Origin: Laetmonice hystrix
Taxonomy: Eukaryota
NCBI GenBank assembly: GCA_965235115.1
Contig: OZ249438.1
Location: 22,692,001 to 22,756,000 of the forward strand
Direction of reading: 5' to 3'
DNA length: 64,000 bases
The notes under the pieces were generated by a model. The model was not told the origin of the DNA. It searched no databases and worked only from the letters and a program-made list of their open reading frames with translations. A program made the position numbers and the translations under genes. Shown one piece after another: positions 11,566 through 24,138 of the stretch (its first letter is position 1; each line of letters starts with the position of its first letter).

Positions 11566-14500
11566 CCGACCAAACTTCAGGTCTAGTAATATTCACATCG
11601 ACAACAGAACTAAAGTCAATGGAAAACCTATTTTTAACGAATCATCCCGTCAGTGTCTGCCTTCTAAAGCAGCCCCCTTCGAGATTAACGTCCTTAGATA
11701 TATACCTATTTATATATTAACTGAATTAAATGTATTATCTGGTGTATAATGGGAAATCTAAATAACAGAGGTATTAAGGGTTATTAGTAATCGTCCTCAA
11801 AGGCTCCTTCTCCTGCCTTGATGTCGTGTGGCATCTAAAGCTCCAATGGAAACAAGACAAAGCGTTTCTTTCTCACACTCTGTCTATCATCATCTGTCGC
11901 TAAGGCAGATAAGCCTTCCCTGGGCCCGTCCGTGCCTAAGTAGCTGTCGTCAGTGGCCATTGTGCAGGTATGTAACCGGGGATGTAACAAGCTTCTCAGC
12001 TTTCGGTGACCAGTGTAGTGGCCCAGCATGATGGCGAAGGTGACTACAATAAGTAAGCTTAGGTCTTCATCAGCGTGGCCCGCCTTGTTCGTCGTGTCAA
12101 ACCGGGCAATGAGAGAAGAAAGAGTCGTGAGTAGAGCGCGGGACTGAAGGCGTCATTGGCCTGATATCTTGGCCGGTTATCTCAACACCGGCCATTTCAA
12201 ATCAAACCTCATCAACAGGGTTTGGAGAGGTTACGTAAAACGTGCTGGACGGCTGGCGGTCCGCCGACTGACTGACGGGCGGCGGTGGGTGGGTGAGGTC
12301 CCGACCGACGGGTGGGTGAGGGGGCGTACGGTGGCAAACCATCCATCTGGTGGGAATATCAACACACTCGAGCGTGTAGTGAGGGAGTGCCCTCTAACAT
12401 ATACACTCCAGGACTGCCAACCCTTACATAGTCCACCTGCATCTCGAGTCCCTTGTTACATCACACTTCCTGTCACATAATCTATCCGAGGATGTCGTTG
12501 AGTATCTCAATGATTTCAATGAGATCGGTATGACCTTATAATTGTGGTAATAGAACAACTTAACGTGTGCTCAAATGTATTGGATCATGATTAAAAGATA
12601 AACTCTAAATGAATCCCGCACCTCCTGAACGAGAACCACCCACCCCTTTCACCACCACCCGTATCAGGGTTTTGCAAGGTAACCAAGACCTACCGTCACG
12701 TGACGGCGTTGTGAACGCCTCCATTGGCATGGTCCCCTCTCATCACGGGTTGAGAGAGTGTGACGTTCTCCAGAGCTGACCCTACCTCAATGTGAGGCGG
12801 CAAGAATTCGGTTTACGTGTGGGTCATTCTGGTCGGTTACGGTGTGCAGTATGACCCCTACTCCTGACCTCGAGTTGCCACACTCGGAACCGTTGGTCAG
12901 CACATGCAGTGCAAACACTGTGACGGGATGTACGGTGTGTAACACGGAATCTGGCGTCAATTATAGACCGCAAGGAATAAATCATTACGGGCCGATTAAA
13001 CCTCTTGATGTTGGATCCAATGTCAGGTTTTAGAAAGATTTATATGTCTCTGAATATAATGAATACTTAATCAATCGTAGGGCGTAGGTTTGCAATTTTA
13101 TTCCATACATGCAAAACTGTACAACTACAGGGTATAGAGAATCTGTGAATATATCAGGCCTATATGTGTTGGTCTTATAATAATTATATAGATTTGTAGC
13201 TGGTTCTTAGCCTGATATGTAAAATGTATGGGCCATGATCCTGTATAAAATAATTTATAACAGAAGGGTGGCGGAAGCTTTGTACAGCATGCAATTTTTC
13301 AGAATACTAGAAGAAAAGTTAAAAAGGACCCTTTTAGCGTTGGGAAAGGGGGGAGGTACCTTGACAATACGGGTTGGTTGATGGGAGGGGGCGGGGGTGA
13401 CTCAGGCATCTAGGATATCGGAACAAGACGAGGGGTACGTCGTGTAGGTGATGGTCGTCCCAGCCCCCCTCACCCCTCACCCCAACCCCCAACCCCTCCA
13501 AGCCCGCCTCCTCCCCCTCCCGAATCACAATTGGCGGAAGACCAGGCCTGCCACCAGCCCCTCTGATAAATATTGCCAACCCGCCCAGCTCACGTTTCTC
13601 CGCATGTCAACTTGCCCTCGGCCCTTGAGGCCAAGCACAGTTTATATGCGATGCATGATAGGTCTGGCACCGACCTGTGAGTCTTTCACCGTGTGCATGT
13701 TGTATGGGCGGGGAGGACTCCCACAACCAGCTATCTACACGGAGGACTGTAATATATGGGTGCCGCTACACATACCTCCATTCTATACCGAGTCACTGAC
13801 ACCCTCTCAATGCATCATAATGTCACGGAGTCCTTTTCTTTTTATCACTGTTATATATCAATATTACACAGTGATAGGGAACAGGGCGATGTCAGAGTTG
13901 AAGAATTTCTAAATTATTCTCTCTAACACAAATCAGCGAGACACGCAATAATTAATCAATAGATTCTATATGAGATAACGGTTGCCAAGTAGAGAATGCC
14001 TCTGATTTTGGCAAGTTGAAAACTCTACAGCGGCCCAAACGTTAATCGGACATCCAGACGGTCCCTCTTCTATAGAGTGTCCGTTTTTGTCTGTATGTAG
14101 TTGACATATCGGCAGACAATGTGACTGTATAAGATGACATCAGTGACCACAACCAGGAAGAGGACCTCTCACAGTTTCACTTTGGTATTTGTGTGTGGCT
14201 GTCTAGCATCACGTTTCACACTATACACAACCTCTCACACCGATGGTATTTGTAGTAAATGAAGGACGGCATGAAATACCCAAATTTACAATGGCTGCAT
14301 GCATGTACATCGCGTCTACTGTTGTATTACGGTGGGCCAGCATTTACAATCCGTATCAACATGACGACTATTAAAATGTGTTAAACATAATTATGGTGTA
14401 TAAGTTGACTTTAAGCCAATATCACTGTAATAACACGTACACATTATGTGCAAGTGTACAAACTTTATGTATACGTCTTTTGGCGATTATCGATTGACTA

Positions 14501-14694
14501 GTGAGGGCGGGGGTCAGTGACCAGTATAGAATGATTAATATGGATTCAGGCTAAAGGATTAGTATCTGGTGACATGGAGCACGACTGAGGATAAATACAA
14601 GTGTTTGCCAAGAAAGCGCCTGATCGAATGACAGGGCACTTATCCGGGTTAGCGACGCATTGATCCGAGCCGGCCTTGGGGCTCGTGGTCGACC

Positions 14695-16232
14695 GGCTCA
14701 TCGTGCAACCAGGATCACTGCAAACCTCAGACTGCAGGTATACACGTCACGGGGGGCTCATCGTGCAACCAGGATCACTGCAAACCTCAGACTGCAGGTA
14801 TACACGCCCGGGGGGCTCATCGTGCAACCAGGATCACTGCAAACCTCAGACTGCAGGTATATACGCCAGGGGGCTCATCGTGCAACCAGGATCACTGCAA
14901 ACCTCAGACTGCAGGTATATACGCCAGGGGGCTCATCGTGCAACCAGGATCACTGCAAACCTCAGACTGCAGGTATACACGCCAGGGGGCTCATCCTGCA
15001 ACCAGGATCACTGCAAACCTCAGACTGCAGGTATACACGTCACGGGGGGCTCATCCTGCAACCAGGATCACTGCAAACCTCAGACTGCAGGTATACACGT
15101 CACGGGGAGGGGAGGGGGGGGGCTCATCCTGCAACCAGGAACACTGCAAACCTCATACTGCAGGTATACACGCCCCGGGGGCTCATTCTACAACCAGGAT
15201 CACTGCAAACCTCAGACTGCAGGTATACACGCCCGGGGGGGCCTCATCGTGCAGCCAGGATCACTGCAAACCTCGGACTGCAGGTATACACGCCCGGGGG
15301 GGCTCATCCTGCAACCAGGAACACTGCATACCTCAGACTGCAGGTATACACGCCCCGGGGGCTCATCGTGCAACCAGGATCACTGCAAACCTGAGACTGC
15401 AGGTATACACGTCACGGGGAGGGGGCTCATCCTGCAACCAGGATCACTGCAAACCTCAGACTGCAGGTATACACGTCACGGGGGCTCATCCTGCAACCAG
15501 GATCACTGCAAACCTCAGACTGCAGGTATACACGCCCGGGGGGGGGCTCATCCTGCAACCAGGATCACTGCAAACCTCAGACTGCAGGTATACACGTCAC
15601 AGGGAGGGGTCATCCTGCAACCAGGATCACTGCAAACCTCAGACTGCAGGTTTACACGTCACGGGGGGCTCATCGTGCAACCAGGATCACTGCAAACCTG
15701 AGACTGCAGGTATACACGTCACGGGGGGGGGGGGCTCATCCTGCAACCAGGATCACTGCAAACCTCAGACTGCAGGTATACACGTCACGGGGGGGGGGTC
15801 ATCGTGCAACCAGGATCACTGCAAACCTGAGACTGCAGGTATACACGTCACGGGGGGGGGGGCCATCGTGCAACCAGGATCACTGCAAACCTGAGACTGC
15901 AGGTATACACGTCACGGGGGGGGGGGGCTCATCCTGCAACCAGGATCACTGCAAACCTCAGACTGCAGGTATACACGTCACGGGGGGGGGGGGGTCATCG
16001 TGCAACCAGGATCACTGCAAACCTGAGACTGCAGGTATACACGTCACGGGGGGGGGCCATCGTGCAACCAGGATCACTGCAAACCTGAGACTGCAGGTAT
16101 ACACGTCACGGGGGGGATCATAGAGATAGAGATCACGGGGGGGGGGGGCTCATCCTGCAACCAGTACAGGATCTCTGCAAACCTGAGACTGCAGGTATAC
16201 ACGTCACGGGGGGGGGGGTCATCCTGCAACCA
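14695..16232. repeat. Minisatellite, about 60-70 bp unit with variable poly-G tract, about 24 copies
   Basis: Unit GGCTCATCSTGCAACCAGGATCACTGCAAACCTCAGACTGCAGGTATACACGTCAC(G)n repeated in tandem. Confidence 0.97.
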
Positions 16233-16361
16233 GTATATGGTTATAATGGTACATGGGGGGGGGGGGGGGGCGGGGCACGACCCAGGAAGGACAAAACTTA
16301 ATGGCTTACATAGATCTATGGTTTTCTTAATTATATCGAAAAGTCAGAAATGTAAGGCCAG

Positions 16362-16502
16362 GGCCCGGTTTTTAGTTCGTTATTTTACCAATCTTAAGAC
16401 TGGTTAACTTCATTTGAAGGACCAATCAGAAGCTCTGAAACAAGAGTCCAGTCTTAAGATTTGAAACTTAAGACTGAGTTTTGCAAACTAATAACCGGGG
16501 CC
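16362..16502. mobile_element. Small non-autonomous TIR element (MITE), PIF/Harbinger-like ends
   Basis: Imperfect TIRs GGCCCGGTTTTTAGTT / AACTAATAACCGGGGCC; flanks CAG and CGG; internal perfect 13 bp inverted repeat ATCTTAAGACTGG (16391-16403) / CCAGTCTTAAGAT (16448-16460). Superfamily is inferred from the ends only. Confidence 0.6.
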
Positions 16503-16509
16503 CGGGGTG

Positions 16510-16543
16510 GGGTGGGTATTTGGGGTTTTACGCCTTGCAACAG
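16510..16543 (-). mobile_element. Isolated 3' tail fragment of the SINE at 42330-42555
   Basis: Reverse complement CTGTTGCAAGGCGTAAAACCCCAAATACCCACCC is identical over 34 bp to 42518-42551. Confidence 0.85.
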
Positions 16544-16662
16544 GCCTATACGTAAAGACCTGTGAGTAAAATAATATGTTGGATATAGTTATGTGACCAA
16601 GTACAGTACTGAAACCCATAATATTATATTGTATTATCATAGACCTATAGGGTAGATATATA

Positions 16663-17045
16663 CAGAGCCTTGTTGGGGACATGAAGAGAAAAAAAATTGT
16701 GGTGATCTCGAATTTACCACTTAGTGACGTGATTAACTCGTTAGTACGACTTAATGACGCCACTAAGTCGTTATTACTAGTTAATCGCGTTCAGAGAAAA
16801 ATATTTGTGGTGATCTCGAAATTGCCGCTTAGTGACGTCATTAACTCGTTATTACGACTTAATGACGTCACTAAGTCGTTATTACGAGTTAATCGCGTTC
16901 GTTTCGGAGAAAAACATTTGTGGTGATCCCGGAATTACCACTTAGTGACATCATTAAGTCATAATAACGAGTTAATGACGTCACTAAGTGGTAATTTCGA
17001 AATCACCACAAAATTCTTTCTCTTCATGTCCCCAACAGGGCTCCG
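16663..17045. mobile_element. TA-flanked MITE (Tc1/mariner-type) with long TIRs and internal ~110 bp repeats
   Basis: TA|CAGAGCCTTGTTGGGGACATGAAGAGAAA ... TTTCTCTTCATGTCCCCAACAGGGCTCCG|TA; inverted similarity extends about 100 bp; the GTGGTGATCTCGAA...TTAGTGACGTCATTAACTCG module is repeated internally. Confidence 0.9.
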
Positions 17046-20000
17046 TAGATATACAAAGGGACAGACAAAAAAATTTAAAGTTTGTTTCACTGAAAGATTC
17101 TATAGTCCAATAAAATTGCACACAACACTGTTATTTAGCCTATAGAGCATCGTTCTATGACTCGAGACAAAATGTACCTGTCAAAGTTCCCCGAAGGAAC
17201 GCAGGTTGACAGTTTTTCGACAGGTAATAGAATCAGCGTAATCTGCTTTCTAGCATGAACGCCTCAGTATGTATGGAGCGGGAGGCCTGGCCTGTACAAA
17301 GGCCCACCCATCTCGCTTTCTCTCCGCCCTCCGCCTTGGGCCTCAACATCACACGCCAGCGTCGGAACGAGAATGCACAAAGTAAAACAAGAAAACACGA
17401 TATTTTCTGCATGATTCCCCAGAAGTACACATGTTTAATAAACACTGGGCCGCATTAATAAACATGACGATCGGCGGCCGCTCCCGGGTAGAGGGCGCTG
17501 GGGTCGTGGCAGCCCTCTCGTGGGTGGCGGGTCCCGCCCGGTCAGGTCTCCCCCTACCCCCCGGTTGTCGGCGGGGCCGGGCGGCGGGGGCAGGCCGGGG
17601 CGGTCCGGGGCGGGCCGGGGAGGGCCACCGCCAGGCAGGCCGTATACTGCGGGGAGTTCTGTCGACAGAAATAATATGACCTGCCCGCCTCCCGGACCTG
17701 CCTGGTTCACCGGCCCAGCGGTGGCTCTGTGTAGAAAGGTGTTCGCCGACTTTCCCCCACTGAGAGAGTATATTTTGGAATTCAATGTGGGAGGTGGGAC
17801 TCGCACATCGCACGCGATCAGATCGGCTCGTGTGTCCGAGCCACGGGCGACTAACTGTGTATATCGTTGAAACAATGCAGCTACACCTCACAGGTGGAGA
17901 GGCCGCTCACGTTTCATCATTCCATGTTTTCATTCCGTTTGCCGGGTGCAGCAAATTGGAGGTTTGTTTTCTCCATCGGCCTCAAGCACCATGCAGGAAC
18001 AACATTCTTCGTCTAGGTTTCTCCAAGTATCTGAACATGTAACATGTCTTATGACAACATCCAACCCTCTGGCACATACTGTTGAATGTGGCGTATATTA
18101 AGATGCTCTAGCCGTGAGATATATGTTTACTATATAATATATAAACACACAAATAAGTGAATAACGCCCTTCAAGGTATCCAGAGCATGCAGGAGGCTCC
18201 CTCACGGGGTTATAGGCAATGCTTTGTGTCAAATTGTTCCCCTCATGTCGTTCGACTTCACGCCTTTTCATATACTGGTATATCTTACCAATATGAATAA
18301 ATAAATCAATAGGTTGGCGGCACATATTTGGAATCCGTATAGGCCTACATCTTAGATAATCCATACATCACTCAAACATCGTCTTAACCGCACATCGCGC
18401 CGAGCTGGACTTTATAAAACATACCATGTTCAAGGAGAAAGCATCAATAATCATCCGACCATTGCCCTCGTCAGACCACAGAACACAGCTCACCTGATTT
18501 ACATTCTATAATCTATAATGTGACACATTATGTGTTTGCATGTATGTGAGTGTATTACAGACATTGATCCTGCCTATTGCCAGTCATGCATATCGTTTAT
18601 TTTTCTATAAAGGTTTGATCGTCAAGGATACTAACAAAGACGACCTTGTAAATGTTGATATGGTAAAAGAATGGCTTGACGAAATACAAGCTGCAAGCTT
18701 ACATGAAGGTCGACAGGCGTGGTGTCAGGCAGGCCATTATTAATATGACCAGTGTGTGTGTCTTTAAGCCTAGATACACACAGACAGTTGGGCTGAAACC
18801 AATACCGTGTCGCTCCAACCCCCTGTGTCATGCCTACTCTTCGCACTGCTGGCAACAACTAGCTATTGTCTTACGGATTAACCAAAATATGATCTCTGCC
18901 AATTTATTATTTAATAAACGTAATTGGTGTCGCTTTAGAATCCGAGGACGTGTGTGGTGTTGAGGAGACTGAAGAGACAGGGAGAGTGGGATGGCTGTGG
19001 AGGAGCGGCGGATTTATCTTTTACCGACAGATTAACCCGAACGATTGACCCAGGTGGGGCCTACCACTCGCAGGTTTAACGATTTTCGCTTGTCTTCATG
19101 CACATTTCATGTGCAATCTGAGTCTTTTTGTTTTCTGTCGATGGAGCGGAGCTGGGTGAGTCACCAAGACGAGATCTCTACCAGGATGTCCCCATCTCAC
19201 TATGATCGGGTTTCTACCACACTGGTCCGCCAGCGGATTTTGGTGGGTGGGTGGGTGGGGTGGGTGGGGGGTGGGGGGTCGAGCGAGGGGGGGGGGATAA
19301 TCCAACATAATTCCGGTTTCATTTTATGCACATCCCGTTCAATAAGCTATAAATAATCCCAATTCCTGTTATCTGCATACTTGCTATCACTTTCGAAGAT
19401 GCTACTCAGTCATTAACAATATGTCTTCCATGGCCTGGTCAGAAAGCTATACGACGCAGATGGAACAAGTCTGTAACATTCCCACTGCAGGTTTCTCTGT
19501 CCCATCCCCTTGTGTTCGGTGCATCTACCCTCAGGACCATGAACATTTCGGTTGTAAAGGTCTCCTATTTCTTTGTACAACATGTATATTGGTGTACAGA
19601 TGTAGCACTGTAAGAGTGGCCCACTACATCAGCGCCCGCATGGTTGTAGTTAAAGTCTATTATAGTTTTAATTTTAATTCATTCCTTAGATACGTCGATA
19701 TTATACATTCTAGATCCATACATAATTCCGCTAACCATCATAATGTATTGTATTCACTGGCAAGCCCATCGTCTTCTTGTGATAGTGACATTCAGCACTT
19801 ATCTGTCTAAAGCATTCAAGTATAGAGCAATGAAATACGGGCCTATTATCTATACTGAAACTGGATGTTACACATATAGTGAACACGTGCAATTATGCCT
19901 CATCTATTACTGAAATTTAAAAAAAAAATTCTAGTCCGAAAACCTTGGGTGATCTTTGTAAGTGCCGGAGATGTTATGTATATAAGTGGTACCTTCTGTC

Positions 20001-23000
20001 CTATAGGTATACCCTAGCTGACAGACATTACACTTCACCCTGGTATAAGTGCACACATAAATACAACATCATGCCAATAGTAAACCTTATACCGTGCACC
20101 GCCCGAGGTGCAATTTACAGCCGATCAACTTAGTATAAGTAGGAATGCGTCAGATATAATAGATCAACAGCACTATGGTTAACGCGACGAATATACGCTT
20201 ACGGAGCATAACGGCAGTTGGTTGGCGTGGATTGTGTATTGCCATTGCTTTGGTCAATGTCAATTTACCTGATGGTTGCATGCATGCATGCAGCGCCTTG
20301 GGTGGGGTGGAGGTATAGGACAGCACCGACGGCCCGAGGTGGAGAGATCTCTTTCTGCCCCCCCCGTCCATAAGTCATAGGGACTGAGAGGGAGAGCGAG
20401 ATGGGGGTCGGGGGGCTACTCGAAGCGCACACCCTGGGCGTGCATGTGCAGTGACCCCGTCAGTGCGGCAGTTTTACAGGTGTCGAACGGGAGGCGGGAA
20501 GAAAGAGTGAACCACAGGCGCATGTTACATTAGCCGGGCCCCATCCTCGAGGCTACAAACCCGAGCTGCCTGCCTGTCGGGGCCCTCTCTAAAATCCCTT
20601 CGTCAAGGAACCCGTTTTTGTGTCGGTGTTTTTTCTCCTCTCCTATATAAATAACGAAATAAAGATTTGTAAAGACGGGTGAGACAGAGCCCTGAATGGA
20701 TGTGCGTTGTCCATTCATCAGTTAAGGTGGGATGATATCCCCTCGTATACCGACCACTCGTATACACTCCATCATCTACAGGCCACTAACCCAGTTTGGT
20801 GTAATTTCCCAGCGGCTGAGATCTTAGATCATCTCTCAGGCCTGATATAGCCCGGATGTGTGATTCCTATATATCCTGCCAAGGTGCAGTAGATATATGG
20901 GGGAACTTAAATGAATATATATGGAATGGTTTGTTTTACTGGGCACCTCAATCATGGCAGCACAGGAACACACACACAGACCCACCACACTGAGAGGATT
21001 CGCTCGAAAAACATGTTGATGAATTATATTATATACCCCTATGAGGATGCAGCAGAATTTGGGGTAACAAATAAAGGACTACTTCTTTAATGGTTATAGA
21101 CGGACATAACCTGTTATTGTTATTGGTTTGACCACTGCATGCCTCAAGACTGCTTCGTTAGAAATATCCATATGAATTGAAACGTATGAAGTACGCTTTT
21201 AAGTGAAACATGACCTCTATGGAATTGAACAATATTATATGGCTTGCCAAAACCACATTTTCTATTGTCTTCCTTCCCTCCCTTTGCTGAAACAGAACTA
21301 AATTGTCACGCGCTCTTCAATCTATCCACATGTATTTATATCCACTTGAAACGTGACAACTTCCTCAGACGTAATGTATCTCAATGTAAGTGGTTCTTTT
21401 AATCCTCTGTTGGCTTCTCCTAAGCAGCTGACAGAACACAAATCTCTCTTTCTATAGCTTCAGTATAATTGCAGTGAGATGGCGCGGAGCAATCTGCGAG
21501 TTCTCTGGGTGTGTATAGTTGCTGGCCTTGGTTGGCGTCCTCGGCGGTCGGCGCGCGCCATCACTCAGCAATCACGCCAGCCAACTAACTAATGATAGGC
21601 CTCGACGAGCGCCACCTATCACCAAGCCGAATAATCATTCCACGCTTAATTTGACTGAGCATCAGAGTCATTAGCAGGCGGCACAGATAAATACCGCAAA
21701 CCGCCATTCGCCGCCCAGGTACTAGCTTGCTTAATGAAGTAATTAGCGATTGCTAATGGCAATGGGTAATACCTGCCATGTCAGTCGGTCCAACACACCA
21801 CACGGATCGCATATATCTGACTGCATCTTCACGACAAGCATCATATTTGTATATAAACCCAGACGTTTCTCAGGGACAACCCTCTGGTCTCGTTCATGTT
21901 GACTTTGACTTAATGATCCTCATAGCGGGACCTGTGGGTCAGTGTTGTAGTCAGTGCATGGCGGGTATACACATAATTATGGGCCTCTTGAGGAGACCCT
22001 CACAACATTGTATGACTGTTGTGTTTACAACTGCTGCCACATTAGGAACAATTTGGCAATTTTCTTCTCTGCCGCAGGTCAAGGCAATTACCCCATTTTG
22101 ACGTTTACTGTCAAGAGGTATATCGTCAGGGCAGGTATAGTGACGGTATAGGACAGGTATACATAGACATATTATGACACACGTTGATATAGCATCATCA
22201 CACAACTCTCCCACGTCACTTAATAACGGCATGCCCGACATAAAATCTGAAATTATCACAAGTAGAGATGATAGGAAATATAGTAGGACTCTGGGAATGT
22301 CTTTGAAGGTAACCTCGGGCCTATAGCAAAAGGCGGGCGGCTTGCAGTGCATGGCGCCGTGGTAGAGATAGTTGAGAGAAGCACTGTAATCTCTGAGAGA
22401 CATACCGCCAGGAGTCCGAGACTCCAATACTCGGTGGATTGTGTTTCACTCACGGAACTTGGCCTAACATCGATATCAGCACCGGAAACTGCCGACCGAC
22501 GCCTACCAACCCGTCGTCCAGCCACGTTTTCTTTTGTAATACGGCCAGCAAATAGAAAATACGTTCACGATATTATATATTGTATGTTTATACAACATGT
22601 TCTTCATTTTTCTTACTGTCATGCCGTCAGCCATTGGTATGTAGATAGTGTGTAAAGGCACTACAAACTATAGTATGGGGCGGGTTCGATATAATGTATC
22701 CTCACAATACTACTATACGAATGAAAATTCAAATGCGAGTAAGTTAATAAAAGCTTTCTTTTGATATAGATGTGCGTTTTTTGCATATCATTTGTAAAAT
22801 ATACAAGTATAATCATGCAGTATAACCAAACAGGGAACTGGGGAGATAGAAGGGGTAGATTACAACTTTTAGTATCCATATCAGTTTGAGACCAACTTGG
22901 AGTTATTTTACGTATCTCCCGCGTCGCTTGCAAATATAATGATACGGGAATGAGGCTTATTACGATTGTAGCGGAGTTATTGCGCGAAATCAGGGAAAGG

Positions 23001-24082
23001 GAGTTAAAACTGACATTTGATACGAGCGTCTTTCAGCTGTGGACGCAGGGCCAGGGAGGGTGGGGAGGTGGCGGGGTGGTGTGGGGTAACACGATACCGT
23101 CCACCGACTGGGTCCCTGTCCAGGTGCTTGACGCGCTCCTTTGTGTCCTTGGACAAATCAGCTCTCAAGAACAGCGCCAAATCCAAATTTGGTATTGATA
23201 GTTAATTCTGTGCTTCTTTTATTGAATGCATGCATGGAGACGACGCGTTGATGAACTCAGTTTGCGGTATACCAAAAAGGAAAGAACGTATTACAAGATA
23301 CATCGGACTGGTGTGTTTTTGACACGTTCAAAACGTGTGTATATCCTTCAAACAGCACTGCCAGTCTCGGGATTGTTTCTGATATAGGAGTTCCAGTACT
23401 GTTGAATTGTAATGCAGATAATTATATCAGGTATAATGTCTTTCACAATTTTTATGGATAAAGAAATTAAGCGATTTTAATATTGTGGCACACATATAGT
23501 GACATGGCCCGACTCCATCGTGTTTCTGTTACTGTGTATTGTAAATTCTAACGTTTTTCACGAACTATCATTTCAGATTTGGCACTGCAAACAAATATGA
23601 GATTTCTCTGTGGTATCTACGACTTGGCCGGAGTGATAATGTACCGTTGTACATATACTGAAAGCCCCATAGTCGGGGTTCGAGCAATAAATTGTGTAAA
23701 TTCGCTACAATCAAATTAGTGTTATATCATACACAAGCGGGTCACAATATTACTGACATAATATTGCCATGTGAGATGTGTGTATACGTAACCTTTTATT
23801 CATTCATGCTGGTTATCACAGATAATTTACCCCATGGTTTATATACACTGCATGTAGACCATTCAGTTATATACCTGCGATTATACGCATACAATATATG
23901 TAGTGCACCTTACCTGAGCCCTTGAACGAATTATACACTAAATATATATAGGAGACCCAATATGTAATACAATAAGGTAACGTTCAGCCGATAGTGTCAA
24001 CTGCAATAAGGAATATTGGTATACTATATTATTACCTCCACATTCCAAATCTTAATTTTTTTATCACCTCAATATTATAATA

Positions 24083-24138
24083 GCCCCATGTACTGCTTGC
24101 TAACGCGGGTCATCGCCCCATGTACTGCTTGCTAACGC
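24083..24138. repeat. Short tandem duplication, 32 bp period
   Basis: GCCCCATGTACTGCTTGCTAACGC at 24083 and again at 24115. Confidence 0.85.

Noticed and set aside
9033-11720. ORFs spanning 9.0-11.7 kb
   Set aside because: They consist mostly of X from N gaps or CCAT microsatellite.
14660-15894. Long ORFs (244-341 aa) in the 14.7 kb array
   Set aside because: Stop-free translation of a tandem repeat, open in several frames, frame-shifting at poly-G tracts.
21951-22427. 158 aa minus-strand ORF with two hydrophobic stretches
   Set aside because: Rich in CTA/ATA/TTA codons, no recognisable motif, no convincing splice sites; consistent with chance.
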